From NCBI GenBank assembly GCA_963827685.1, contig CAWHBU010000001.1:96001-160000 (forward strand): a DNA stretch of 64,000 nt. The letters run 5' to 3'. The position numbers and the translations under genes were made by a program. This stretch comes from an uncultured delta proteobacterium (GTDB lineage Bacteria > Desulfobacterota > BSN033 > UBA1163). This document shows, in pieces, positions 18,639 to 28,884 of the stretch; positions within the stretch are counted from its first letter, which is position 1, and each line of letters begins with the position of its first letter. The notes under the pieces are model-generated. The model saw only the letters and a program-made list of their open reading frames with translations, ran no database searches and was not told where the DNA came from.

Positions 18639-18833
18639 TTATTTCAATCTCAACCCCGAACCTCTTATTTCATTTTCCATTTCTTCTATTTGCCATTGAG
18701 TGAGGGCATCCATCTTATCATAAAACCGAAAATCCTCGTCACTCATCAAATGGTTACAATCGAGATCGCAATAACCCCCTTCAAGGATACATTTTGAATC
18801 TTGATAGAATTTGCAGGATTTCTCGAGACTCAT
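18639..18833 (-). CDS. Small Cys-rich hypothetical protein
   Basis: CKFY...CILEGGYCDLDC; AGGAGG RBS upstream. Confidence 0.6.
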   Translation of the reverse strand: MSLEKSCKFYQDSKCILEGGYCDLDCNHLMSDEDFRFYDKMDALTQWQIEEMENEIRGSGLRLK

Positions 18834-19550
18834 CAACACCCCTCCTTACAAAGAAAATCGTCATAGATAAAAAACCCTATGATGGAAATAGACGACGGGT
18901 TTTGCAAAATTTTCTCTGTTTCAGCCCGCAGGCGTCGCTTTCCCCATCTACACCCTATTGGGAACAGTAGGCCCTCCATCGGTTACGGCGGGCAAGGACC
19001 CTCCCATTGTTTAGAGTTTGGCCTTTTCGGTAACTTAGATACCACCCATTACTATAGAGCACCTTGAACATTGCAATACCAATGCCAATGTAAGGAACCC
19101 TTAAGCCTGTTGAAGAATGAAGGATTTAATTGAACATTGAAATGAATAAGACACCTAAGAATGGAATTTTTCTAACCATACGGTACAATTCTGAACCTTA
19201 ATCAGATCCAAATACCTTGTCCGCCTTCCATCCCCGGTTATTGATTGCTCGCAATGGGTATTCGACCGGCAGCCGCTCACCCATCTTGTTGCTCACCGTT
19301 CTAAGTTTGCTACCATTCTATTTCCTTTGAAATCTATAAGAAAAATCGGCACAATTTGTCGCTTCAGTGGCCTTTCTTGTTACTTTTCAAATCTTGAGAC
19401 AAATGACATTTTTCTGGCTTAAGAAAAAAATTCATAAATTCCAATAGATACATTTACTCTTAAATTCTTATTTTATGGCACACAAGATGCAGGTCAGCAG
19501 AAAAGGTTTACTTTGTTTACAAAGTCTACAGATAGTACAAGCTGGCAACA

Positions 19551-19742
19551 ATGGTTTTGAATAAAACCTCACAAAAAGGGCTCAAGGATGGATGGATCAG
19601 GGCCACATTCATCCTAAGGAAGGATTACTTAGAGAAACTCAAGGCATTAGCATACTGGGAAAGAAAGAAGATTAAAGAGGTCATCGATGAGGCGTTAAGG
19701 TTGTATCTCAGGAGGAAAAAAAACAAGAGCAAGGACAAATAG
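19551..19742 (+). CDS. Small ribbon-helix-helix-like DNA-binding protein
   Basis: RATFILRKDYLEKLKALAYWERKKIKEVIDEALRLYL gives a strand-helix-helix pattern. Confidence 0.6.
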   Translation: MVLNKTSQKGLKDGWIRATFILRKDYLEKLKALAYWERKKIKEVIDEALRLYLRRKKNKSKDK

Positions 19743-19814
19743 AAAATCTACCTATTAGATTGGAAGGAATTTCACCTCGCAATCTGTGAAAAAGTTATTT
19801 TTAAATCTATCGAA

Positions 19815-20597
19815 ATGAATAAGATTTTGATAACCATTTTATTTGTCACCTTACTACTCGTCCTTTCTCCATTAGGATTGCTGCCAGCCTGGGGGACAGT
19901 TCGTGTCCCCATTCTTCTTTACCATCGCTTTGGGCCTGTAGCTGCCGACAGCATGACGGTGACAACAACCCTTTTCGAGTCCCAGCTGAAATATCTCAGG
20001 GACAATGGTTATAATGTGATACCTCTCAGAGAACTTGCCGACTATTATCTTGGAAAGAGGCAGGCTCCCCAACCCCGTTCAGTCGTGATTACCGTTGATG
20101 ACGGCCACATTTCTGTCTATAGAGACATGTTTCCTCTCGTCAGGAAATACCATATCCCAGTCACCCTTTTCATATATCCTTCGGCAATATCTAACGCACC
20201 CTATGCCATGACATGGGACCAGCTTAAGGAGATGAAAGAAACAGGGTTTTTTGACTTTCAGTCTCATACGTTTTGGCATCCTAACTTCAAGAAAGACAAG
20301 AAGAGGCTAAAACCGGCTGAATATGAGAGTTTTGTTGGCATGCAATTAAGAAAATCAAAGGAGAAACTGGAGAAAGAGTTGAATGTCAGAGTGAGTATGC
20401 TGGCGTGGCCTTTTGGCATCTATGATGACGACCTCATCCATCGGGCCATCGAAGCAGGATATGTGGCTACATTTACTATGGAGCGCCATCCTGCCAGCGC
20501 TCTTGATAATGTTATGGCGCTTCCCCGTTATCTTATGACGAACGGAGAAACAGGTAGAGGCTTTGCGACCATACTGGCAGACTCACCGCGGGGGTAG
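19815..20597 (+). CDS. Polysaccharide deacetylase (CE4, NodB homology), exported
   Basis: PILLYHRF, VITVDDG, QSHTFWHP and AWPFG; signal peptide. Confidence 0.92.
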   Translation: MNKILITILFVTLLLVLSPLGLLPAWGTVRVPILLYHRFGPVAADSMTVTTTLFESQLKYLRDNGYNVIPLRELADYYLGKRQAPQPRSVVITVDDGHISVYRDMFPLVRKYHIPVTLFIYPSAISNAPYAMTWDQLKEMKETGFFDFQSHTFWHPNFKKDKKRLKPAEYESFVGMQLRKSKEKLEKELNVRVSMLAWPFGIYDDDLIHRAIEAGYVATFTMERHPASALDNVMALPRYLMTNGETGRGFATILADSPRG

Positions 20598-20601
20598 AAA
20601 A

Positions 20602-21879
20602 ATGCTCATGAGTAAGGGACATAAGGCACTGATGATATTGTTTGTAAATCTTCTCTTATTGATTCCAGTGTATGCCATGGCGTATACCACTGGAAGAGTC
20701 GTCGATTTTTTCACAGGGAAGCCGGTAAAGGGAGCCCTTGTTACTTTGAATAATGATGTTGTCCTGACTGATCAAAATGGGATTTTCACGGTGAGCACTG
20801 CATTGAGTAAATTGTCGGTGAGAGCGCCCGGATACGGAAGAACCGAGCAGATCTTCATCCCTTTAAATGGGCAGCCTCAAGAGATAAAGCTCATCCCTTT
20901 TACACCCAAAGCCCTTTACCTCTCCTTTTTTGGAATCGGGGATAGAAATCTGCGAGAATCTGCAATCAAACTTATGCAGGAGACCGAGCTCAATACCCTT
21001 GTCATTGATGTGAAGGGGGACAGAGGCATGATCCCTTATAAAAGCTCGATCCCCCTTGCCGCTGGAGTGGGTGCTCAACGAACCATCACGGTAAAAGAGA
21101 TGGCCCATCTGATGAGATCGTTGAAGGCGAAAGGGATCTATACGATTGCACGGATCGTTGTGTTTAAAGACAATCTCCTCGCCCTGGCACGGCCTGATTG
21201 GGCGGTGAAGACACCGGGCGGTGAAATATGGCGCGATCGAGAAAACCTGGCTTGGGTGGATCCATTCAACAAGGAGGTATGGGATTATAATATCAATATT
21301 GCCATGGAAGCGGCTCAATACGGATTTGACGAAATCCAGTTCGACTATGTCCGATTTCCTGATGCCTCGGGCCTTCGATTCTCAATGCCCAATACAGAGG
21401 AGAACAGGGTCAATGCCGTCTCCGGATTTCTCATGGAAGCGAGAAGGAGGCTGATTCCTTACAACATCTTTCTCTCTGCAGATATCTTTGGCTACGTCTG
21501 CTGGAATCTCAACGACACCAAGATTGGACAAAGGCTTGAAGACCTTGTCACCCACCTTGACTATATCTGTCCTATGTTATACCCATCCGGATTTCAGTAC
21601 GGAATACCCGGCTACAGAAATCCTGTTGCAAACCCGTATGAAATCATTTATCTTTCCCTCAAACGAGCCCAAGAACGGACCAATCTCCCATCCCATCGTT
21701 TCAGACCGTGGCTACAGGCATTTAAAGATTATGCTTTTGACGGAAGATGCTTCAGCGACAAAGAGATCATGGGTGAGGTCAAGGCGGCTGAAGGATTTGG
21801 TTCCCATGGTTGGATGCTCTGGAATCCAAGGAACACTTACTCCTCGGCGGGCCTGAAAAAAGAAAAGCCATTGGGCTGA
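20602..21879 (+). CDS. Putative glycoside hydrolase (DUF4015) with N-terminal carboxypeptidase-regulatory-like domain
   Basis: LVIDVKGDRG, IARIVVFKD, WVDP, GFDEIQFDYVRFP, PMLYPS and RPWLQAF. Confidence 0.85.
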   Translation: MLMSKGHKALMILFVNLLLLIPVYAMAYTTGRVVDFFTGKPVKGALVTLNNDVVLTDQNGIFTVSTALSKLSVRAPGYGRTEQIFIPLNGQPQEIKLIPFTPKALYLSFFGIGDRNLRESAIKLMQETELNTLVIDVKGDRGMIPYKSSIPLAAGVGAQRTITVKEMAHLMRSLKAKGIYTIARIVVFKDNLLALARPDWAVKTPGGEIWRDRENLAWVDPFNKEVWDYNINIAMEAAQYGFDEIQFDYVRFPDASGLRFSMPNTEENRVNAVSGFLMEARRRLIPYNIFLSADIFGYVCWNLNDTKIGQRLEDLVTHLDYICPMLYPSGFQYGIPGYRNPVANPYEIIYLSLKRAQERTNLPSHRFRPWLQAFKDYAFDGRCFSDKEIMGEVKAAEGFGSHGWMLWNPRNTYSSAGLKKEKPLG

Positions 21880-21912
21880 GATTCGTTTCGATTCGTTCGC
21901 TAAGAATTCGGG

Positions 21913-24240
21913 ATGATCATTTTAAAGGAGCAGAAGACTGTGAAGCGGTGGAGGATTCTCTTCCCACTGATTCTATCCGTTATGATTGCCACCTCAGCAT
22001 CCTCTCAGATGCTTCAGGAAGAGCAAATGGCGCCCATTGCAGAGATGGCGAGGAAGGCGATTCAATCTGGCAAGATTCCGGGAGCTGTCATTTTGATCGG
22101 AAACCAGGGGAAAATTGTATACCGACAGGCTTTCGGCTTTCGCGCACTAAAACCGAAGAAGTTACCCATGACAACAGATACCATTTTCGATATTGCCTCC
22201 CTGACTAAGGTAATCGCCACATCCACCGCAGTGGCGCAGTTGATAGAGATGGGAAAATTAAATCTCGAAGACCCAGTTGCTAAATATTGGCCTGAGTTTA
22301 AAGTTAACGCCAAAGAAGAGATCACGGTGCGAGATCTCCTTACGCACTATTCCGGCCTTCGACCGGCTCTGGACTCCAGGCCAAATGGGTCAGGTTATGA
22401 CACCGCCCTCCGTATGATTGAAGAGGAGAAACCCGTTCTTCCTCCTGGAACGAGTTTCATCTATAGTGACATCAATTTTATCGTTCTGGGTGAGCTTGTC
22501 TCACGCATCTCCGGGGAGCCCCTTGACGTCTACTGCGCCGATCACATATTCAAACCTCTGGGAATGAAGGACACGGGCTTCAAACCCTCCCCTCTTGTCC
22601 GGCCTCGCATCGCGCCTACCCAATACCAGCACGGGACCACAGGGAAAATCCTCTGGGGAGAGGTCCATGATCCTATGGCCCACAGCATGGGGGGTGTGGC
22701 CGGACACGCTGGGCTTTTCTCCACCGCCGATGACCTTGCGGTCTTTAGCCAGATGATCCTCGATGGAGGCAGCAGAAAAGGTGTGCAGATTCTTAGTCCT
22801 TTTATGGTCAAGAAGATGACCGCCCCGCAATCCCCGTCTGACAAAATCCCTCCAAGGGGACTCGGCTGGAATATTGGCTCGTCCCTCATTTCTGTAGGCT
22901 CCTTTGAACACAAAGGGTTCACCGGAACCGGGATTTGGATGGATCCGGTTTCCAAGACATATGTCATTATCCTGTCTAATCGGGTTCACCCAAATGGCAA
23001 AGGGAATGTCGAACCGCTGCGAGCCAAGATCTTATCACTTATCAATGAATCGATTGGAATGGCCAGCCGACCCTCGCTCGGTGACTATGACGAACAATGG
23101 GCGGGCAACAGTGGAAAGGTACAAACAGGAATCGACGTTCTGGCTGGAGAGAAGTTCAGACCCCTGGCTGGATTGCGTGTGGGACTGATTACCAATCATT
23201 CGGGCATCGATTCTGGAGGAAGGCGGACCGTAGACCTGCTCCATAAGGCTCCAAATGTAAAACTGGTAGCGATTTTCAGCCCGGAGCATGGCTTCTCAGG
23301 AAAGGCAGAAGGAAGGGTTTCCTTGACAAAAGAGCCTTTGACAGGCCTGCCTATATACAGTCTTTACGGAGACGTTGCTCGCCCGACGCAAAAGATGCTC
23401 GTTGGCCTCGACGCGCTCGTCTTCGACATTCAGGATGCAGGAGCTCGCTTCTACACCTACATCACCACAATGGGTTATGCGATGGAGGCGTGTGCCAAGA
23501 AGGGAATTCCTTTTTATGTTCTCGACAGGCCAAATCCGATCACGGCGTCAGTGGTCCAGGGACCTATCCTGGACAGGAACCTGAGATCATTCACTGGATA
23601 TTTCCCTCTGCCAGTCCGGCATGGTATGACGGTTGGTGAGCTCGCTACATTGTTTAACGCCGAAACGAAGATTGGGGCCAAACTGCACGTCATCAGAATG
23701 CGTGGTTATGAACGCACCCACTGGTATGACGAGACCGGCTTGCTGTGGCTGAGCCCATCGCCTAACTTGCGTACTTTAACAGAAGCGATCCTTTATCCGG
23801 GAGTGGCGATGGTTGAAAGTGCAAACGTGAGCGTGGGCCGGGGGACGACAACACCTTTCGAACTTCTCGGCGCTCCCTGGGTGAATGGAGAAGAGCTTGC
23901 GTCATACCTGAACAACCGCAGAATCCAGGGTGTCCGATTCATGCCGGTGGATTTTACACCGGGAAGCAGTAGTTTTAAGAATCAATTATGTCACGGCGTC
24001 CAGATTGTACTGCTGGATCGACAGGTCTTGGACTCCCCGGCCCTTGGAATCGAAATCGCCAGCGCGCTCCACCGGCTTTATGCAAACGACTTCCAGCTTG
24101 ATAAGACACTGGGACTGATTGGATCTCGTGAGGTTCTGAAGGCCATTGAGGAGGGTCAGGACCCCACCTCCATTGTGCAATACTGGCAGGGTCCACTGGA
24201 ACAGTTCTGCAATCTCCGGTCGAAATATTTGCTCTATTAA
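21913..24240 (+). CDS. Serine hydrolase (beta-lactamase family) fused to DUF1343 exo-beta-N-acetylmuramidase (NamZ-like)
   Basis: FDIASLTK (SxxK), LLTHYSG, YSD and GHAGLFS; then GLITNHSG, FSPEHG, FDIQDAGARFYTY, VLDRPNP and SPNL. Confidence 0.92.
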   Translation: MIILKEQKTVKRWRILFPLILSVMIATSASSQMLQEEQMAPIAEMARKAIQSGKIPGAVILIGNQGKIVYRQAFGFRALKPKKLPMTTDTIFDIASLTKVIATSTAVAQLIEMGKLNLEDPVAKYWPEFKVNAKEEITVRDLLTHYSGLRPALDSRPNGSGYDTALRMIEEEKPVLPPGTSFIYSDINFIVLGELVSRISGEPLDVYCADHIFKPLGMKDTGFKPSPLVRPRIAPTQYQHGTTGKILWGEVHDPMAHSMGGVAGHAGLFSTADDLAVFSQMILDGGSRKGVQILSPFMVKKMTAPQSPSDKIPPRGLGWNIGSSLISVGSFEHKGFTGTGIWMDPVSKTYVIILSNRVHPNGKGNVEPLRAKILSLINESIGMASRPSLGDYDEQWAGNSGKVQTGIDVLAGEKFRPLAGLRVGLITNHSGIDSGGRRTVDLLHKAPNVKLVAIFSPEHGFSGKAEGRVSLTKEPLTGLPIYSLYGDVARPTQKMLVGLDALVFDIQDAGARFYTYITTMGYAMEACAKKGIPFYVLDRPNPITASVVQGPILDRNLRSFTGYFPLPVRHGMTVGELATLFNAETKIGAKLHVIRMRGYERTHWYDETGLLWLSPSPNLRTLTEAILYPGVAMVESANVSVGRGTTTPFELLGAPWVNGEELASYLNNRRIQGVRFMPVDFTPGSSSFKNQLCHGVQIVLLDRQVLDSPALGIEIASALHRLYANDFQLDKTLGLIGSREVLKAIEEGQDPTSIVQYWQGPLEQFCNLRSKYLLY

Positions 24241-24393
24241 TTAGCATCTGTCCGTAAACTTGATTATTTCGTCATTCCTGCCCCGATTTTCATCGGGATA
24301 AACTCCAGCAGGAATCCAGAACCGGTTGAAATCCCTGGATACCCGTTTTCACGGGAATGACGGCAATGCAATTTATAAACAGACACTAATTAA
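24237..24393. mobile_element. MITE-like element with a nested GTCATTCC...GGAATGAC palindrome
   Basis: Imperfect TIRs TTAATTAGCATCTGTCCGTAAA / TTTATAAACAGACACTAATTAA; internal GTCATTCCTGC...GGAATCCAG...CTGGAT...CGGGAATGAC. Confidence 0.6.
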
Positions 24394-24758
24394 TCTCCCC
24401 AAAGGGTTTCATAATGCATGCCGAACGGAAAAGGTGAAAGGGTGAAAATGTCTAAGCTCCAAGGTTTCATGTTCTTCCCTCCTTTGATCAAATTTTCATC
24501 CTAACCAAAAGGCAAGAGCTGAGGAGAGTAGTTTAAAAAAATTTAGTGGGCAACTCAATGCAGCATAAAAAGTATTTTATGATTAGTTGCTTATTTGATA
24601 TGATAGCATCAATGAAGTATACCCTGGCACTTTCCAATACAAATTCTTAAAAACACAAATTCCTGCAGGTCGTCAAACCTGAAACATCATATGATTTTCT
24701 GCGTCTTGTTCAGTGACGGAGACCTTCGGGTGTTAAGAAATACAATTCTTGGATAGGA

Positions 24759-25217
24759 GTGCAAGTGAGGATGACCTTCAATCGAAATTTCATCAAGTAT
24801 TGGCTTCCCGTAGTGTTTTGGATGGCCTTTATCTTTTGGATGTCTACCGAGACATTTTCCTCGGAGAATACATTGTCGTGGATAGAAATAGTCATACGTT
24901 CTTTAGTGCCTGAAATCTCAACTCAGGGACTCGACTTAATACATACAGTGATTAGAAAGGCCGGACATGTTATCGAGTATTTTATCTTAGGTCTTTTACT
25001 GTTCCGGACGTTTCGCGGCGGCTCTATTTCGTCGTGGAGCTGGCGACGGTCTCTTTACGCTGTCATGATAGTGGCCCTCTGGGCCGCAAGCGATGAGTTT
25101 CACCAATCCTTTGTTCCAACACGGACGGCTTCCGCTGTGGATGTGGGCATCGATATAGCAGGTGGGATCCTTGCGCAGTTTGTCGGTACTTTGTGGCATC
25201 GTTATAGGAGGAAATAA
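24759..25217 (+). CDS. VanZ family membrane protein
   Basis: IRKAGHVIEYFILG, DEFHQSFVPTR and DVGID. Confidence 0.93.
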   Translation: MQVRMTFNRNFIKYWLPVVFWMAFIFWMSTETFSSENTLSWIEIVIRSLVPEISTQGLDLIHTVIRKAGHVIEYFILGLLLFRTFRGGSISSWSWRRSLYAVMIVALWAASDEFHQSFVPTRTASAVDVGIDIAGGILAQFVGTLWHRYRRK

Positions 25218-25341
25218 AGTTTCAACGGCGATACCTCCGCTTGTTTTCTATTATATTTTGGTGGGTCATTTGAAATTGGAGATTAGAGCTCCTGCCTGCC
25301 GGCAGGCAGGTATTTGGAAGTTGAAATTTGAGCTTTGGACT

Positions 25342-25722
25342 TTAGCCCTGGGATTTTTCCAAGGTGATTTTCACTCCCTCTTTAACTTTCAGGAGGACTT
25401 TGAGGTCGGATAGAACCTTTCCAATCACATTCACCGCACTGGCGGCACGAATCTCTTCACCCCGACTCGCCGGGGTGGGTCCGAAAAAGATGCAGAAGGC
25501 ATGTCCGGTTGGCCAATATCCCAACTCTCCCGCTGAGACGACCTCTCTTGCACCTTGCTCCAGCCCGGCCTTCACCGGAATGGTGAAGTAAATTTCCTCG
25601 CCCCAGAGATTGGTCTTTGCCTCAATCGGGAGAGCTTCCCAGATCAATTGGCCTGTCTCCGATTCGTTCAGCTCAGCTTCGACCCTTAGTTCACTCACGA
25701 GGATTCTGATCTTTTTTCCCAT
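25342..25722 (-). CDS. Cyclophilin-like fold protein (DUF369-type)
   Basis: WGEEIYF, GELGYWPTGHAFCIFFGPTP and VNVIG. ATG 25722 preferred as start. Confidence 0.88.
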   Translation of the reverse strand: MGKKIRILVSELRVEAELNESETGQLIWEALPIEAKTNLWGEEIYFTIPVKAGLEQGAREVVSAGELGYWPTGHAFCIFFGPTPASRGEEIRAASAVNVIGKVLSDLKVLLKVKEGVKITLEKSQG

Positions 25723-26323
25723 CTTCCACTCCTCTTGCCTCAAGAGGATCAAATTCATTAAAAAGACCTTCATGTTCTTCCTGATTCTCTATATTGTTCG
25801 GAAAGAAAAGGATCTCCCGATCCATCTTGACTGCCTCCCCTTTTAGGGTAAGGAAAGTACGAGTCTGGTTTCTCAACAAAAAGAAGCTAAGTACCACCAG
25901 AACATAGCTGGAAACCTCCCTTGCTGTAATATAGAAAAAGTGTGCGTCCAAACCAAAAAAGTAGTAATCTTCTGTAAAAAGCCTCGCGGTGTTGATCAAA
26001 AGCCCCAGGGTGATGAGCTGCAAAAGGCGTTTGGTCTTCGTCGTATTCTGAGCCAAGGAAAGGACGCACTGATCATAGGTCTTTTTGAAGTTTTTCCAAC
26101 TGCTCGAAATGTTCTTGAGGAGGTCCAGATATACCTTTTCATCCCCTCCGTAAATCTTCAAACGGACCTGTCTGTCTCCACGAAACAGAAGATAACGCTT
26201 TAACAACTCCTCTCTTTCTGAAAGGACTGTCTGGTTTTTTCTGAGTCCTCGGTAAAGCACAAAGGCCAGGCCGATAAGAAGCAAGAAAGGAATTCCTTCG
26301 TTGACCAGCTTGATCCAATTCAT
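25691..26323 (-). CDS. Hypothetical membrane protein
   Basis: 210-aa ORF with about three hydrophobic segments, co-oriented with and close to or overlapping its neighbours. Confidence 0.75.
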   Translation of the reverse strand: MNWIKLVNEGIPFLLLIGLAFVLYRGLRKNQTVLSEREELLKRYLLFRGDRQVRLKIYGGDEKVYLDLLKNISSSWKNFKKTYDQCVLSLAQNTTKTKRLLQLITLGLLINTARLFTEDYYFFGLDAHFFYITAREVSSYVLVVLSFFLLRNQTRTFLTLKGEAVKMDREILFFPNNIENQEEHEGLFNEFDPLEARGVEDGKKDQNPRE

Positions 26324-26408
26324 GACATCCTTTCTCCATCACCCTGTTAGACCTGCCTCACCCTTCCCGTCTCCCTTCGGGGAGACGAATGGGCTGAGGG
26401 GACAGGGT

Positions 26409-27158
26409 TCAGATTCGATTGATCAGGCTGGCCATAAAACCAGCTCCGAACCCGTTATCAATGTTGACCACGGCCACACCCGAGGCGCATGAATTCAACA
26501 TGGCCAGCAGTGCCGTGATCCCTCCAAAACTTGTCCCATAGCCGATACTGGTGGGAACGGCAATCACAGGCCGGTCCACCAACCCACCCACAACGCTGGG
26601 CAAAGCCCCTTCCATTCCAGCCACGACAATGAGGACTCGTGCCGCTTCCAATCTCTGCCTCTCAGAAAGGAGCCGGTGAATCCCTGCGACACCGACATCA
26701 TAAAGGGTGTCCACACGATTCCCCATGAATTGAGCGGTGACCGAGGCTTCCTCAGCAATAGGGATGTCCGTGGTTCCCGCAGTGATGACCAGGATCGTTC
26801 CCTTCCCTTCGGATTTGACGGAATGGGTGAGATAGGTCAGAACTTTGGATCTTGGATAGTATTGGCTCTTCGGAAAGACCTTTTGTATGGCCTTGGCCTT
26901 TTTCTCTTCCAAGCGCGTGATGAGGATATTCTGCCCTTTCCTCTTTAACTGTTTCATAATTGAAAGAACTTGTCCAGACGTCTTCCCTTCCCCCCAGATC
27001 ACCTCTGGAAAGCCTTTTCGAAGACTGCGATGATGATCAATCCTGGTAAACCCCAAGTCTTCAAAGGGAAGCGACTTCAATTCCGCCATGGCCTCATCAA
27101 CTGTGATCTTTCCTGACTTCACTTTCTTCAAGAGAGCTTCGAGCTTCCGAATGTTCAT
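26409..27158 (-). CDS. larB: Nickel-pincer cofactor biosynthesis protein LarB (PurE-like)
   Basis: DHHRSLRKGFPEV, AGTTDIPIAEE, DVGVAGIHRL, AGMEGALPSVVGG and VVNIDNGFGAG. Confidence 0.94.
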   Translation of the reverse strand: MNIRKLEALLKKVKSGKITVDEAMAELKSLPFEDLGFTRIDHHRSLRKGFPEVIWGEGKTSGQVLSIMKQLKRKGQNILITRLEEKKAKAIQKVFPKSQYYPRSKVLTYLTHSVKSEGKGTILVITAGTTDIPIAEEASVTAQFMGNRVDTLYDVGVAGIHRLLSERQRLEAARVLIVVAGMEGALPSVVGGLVDRPVIAVPTSIGYGTSFGGITALLAMLNSCASGVAVVNIDNGFGAGFMASLINRI

Positions 27159-27415
27159 TCATCCCTCTAAAAATTATTCTATTCGGTCTCATGATGAAAA
27201 GTCAAGAAAAACTCCCTCTTCCGTAAACAAATTTTTTCTGGTGAACATTCGTCTGCTGAATGGTTCTCTCATGATGAGTGGGAATAAAAGTTGGGATACT
27301 TCCACAATGATTAGTGATGGAGAGCATCGCTCCTATCTGACACTGCCGTTATTTCTTCGGTAACGAATGGTTTACTAAATCTGGATAAGAAAGCCAAAAG
27401 AATTAGAGCAGGGTG

Positions 27416-27684
27416 CTTGCTCACCCTCAGTTTCTGTTGCTCGCCGAGGGCTTAGGAAGAAATCTCTCTGGGCAAGCTGCTCGGAGGGACCTTATCGGCC
27501 GTACCGCTTAGTGGATTTGCGCCTTAATTCCAACGCCCATGCGGAATCCCTAGAATGGATGGAAGCAGTTATTCATCGATCTACGATGGCCTGATGAAGC
27601 CTCGAAGGGCGGTTCGTCCAGGTGGCAAAAGGCATCGAATCTAAACCAGCGGGGGCGGGAGAAGGAGAAACTGGGGGTAGCAAG
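27416..27684. repeat. About 270-bp segment closed by about 20-bp inverted repeats
   Basis: CTTGCTCACCCTCAGTTTCT (27416-27435) versus AGAAACTGGGGGTAGCAAG (27666-27684). Confidence 0.6.
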
Positions 27685-27777
27685 AAGCAGGTGACCTTGA
27701 CAAGGAATGACAAAAAAGATAGTCTAAATTGAACAATTTTGGAAGGTTATCCTTTGTTCGAAGCATGAGGAGGATAG

Positions 27778-28836
27778 ATGAACCGAACGGGGGTTGTCAA
27801 GGATCGAAGATATATGGAGCACGTGATGGACCCTGGTCATCCGGAGAGTCCAGAGCGACTTCGGGAGATTTATCAAGGAATCGAGGAGGAGGAGATGAAG
27901 GGCCGGGTTCTCTCGAAGGTAAAGCCTCGACTCGCCACCCGCGAGGAGTTAGAGATGGTTCACTCCCCTGCCTATATCGATCTGATCGCCTCGACTGCGG
28001 GGAAGCCTCATGTCCGGCTCGATGCAGACACCTCTACCTGTGCAAAGTCCTATGAAGCCGCCCTTCTTGCTGCCGGAGGCCTCCTGGAGCTGATCAAGGT
28101 TGTGATGCAAGGAAAATTGAATAACGGATTTGCGCTGGTACGACCTCCTGGCCATCACGCAGAGCGGGATAGGGCGATGGGATTCTGTCTCTTCAACAAC
28201 GTGGCGATCGGCGCACACTATGCGCTCAAGAATTTCTCCCTCCAGAGAATCCTGATTGTAGACTGGGATGTCCACCACGGAAATGGCACGCAGAACTCCT
28301 TTTACGAAGACCCGCGGGTCCTTTACTTTTCTACTCATCGCTACGTTTTCTATCCGGGGACAGGGGCAGCAACAGAGGTTGGAAGGGGCCGGGGAGAGGG
28401 ATTCACCGTAAACGTCCCTCTTTCGCCCGGAGCGGGTGATACGGAATATGGAATCGTCTTTGAAAAGATCCTTAAGCCCATCGCTCTGGAATATCAACCC
28501 CAGTTAATCTTGGTCTCAGCCGGGTTCGATACCCATTACAATGATCCTTTGGGTGGAATGGAGGTGACAGAAAGAGGATTTGCCAGGATGACTCAAATCC
28601 TGATGGAGATAGCAGACGCCACGACTCAAGGAAAATTGGTTCTCACGCTTGAGGGGGGTTACAATGTTGCGGCTCAGAGACGGTCTGTGAAGGCCGTCTT
28701 AGAAGAACTTTCTCAGGCCTTGCCCCTCGATAAGAAAGACCTGCCGGAAGAAGAGAAGGCCAATTATCCCAGAATGGAGAAATTCCTCCTTCAATTGAAG
28801 GAGATACAGAAACGATACTGGAAGAACCTTGAATAG
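27778..28836 (+). CDS. Histone deacetylase-family (acetylpolyamine/protein deacetylase) enzyme
   Basis: HPESPERL, RPPGHHA, GFCLFNNVA, DWDVHHGNGTQ, SAGFD and LEGGY. Confidence 0.95.
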   Translation: MNRTGVVKDRRYMEHVMDPGHPESPERLREIYQGIEEEEMKGRVLSKVKPRLATREELEMVHSPAYIDLIASTAGKPHVRLDADTSTCAKSYEAALLAAGGLLELIKVVMQGKLNNGFALVRPPGHHAERDRAMGFCLFNNVAIGAHYALKNFSLQRILIVDWDVHHGNGTQNSFYEDPRVLYFSTHRYVFYPGTGAATEVGRGRGEGFTVNVPLSPGAGDTEYGIVFEKILKPIALEYQPQLILVSAGFDTHYNDPLGGMEVTERGFARMTQILMEIADATTQGKLVLTLEGGYNVAAQRRSVKAVLEELSQALPLDKKDLPEEEKANYPRMEKFLLQLKEIQKRYWKNLE

Positions 28837-28884
28837 GCTGATGGTTATTTTTCTCAGCCTGCAAAAAAAGTTTTTCAGAACGTG

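Noticed and set aside
18900-19320. c-di-GMP-type riboswitch upstream of the Cys-rich gene
   Set aside because: Only short fragments (GCAAAC, GGCTGCCG) resemble the motif; the GNRA stem and GACGCAAAGC core are absent.
27416-27684. Hammerhead ribozyme, SRP RNA or RNase P RNA
   Set aside because: CTGATGA lacks a properly placed GAAA core, GGAAGCAG lacks the SRP loop context, and there is no GAGGAAAGTCC.
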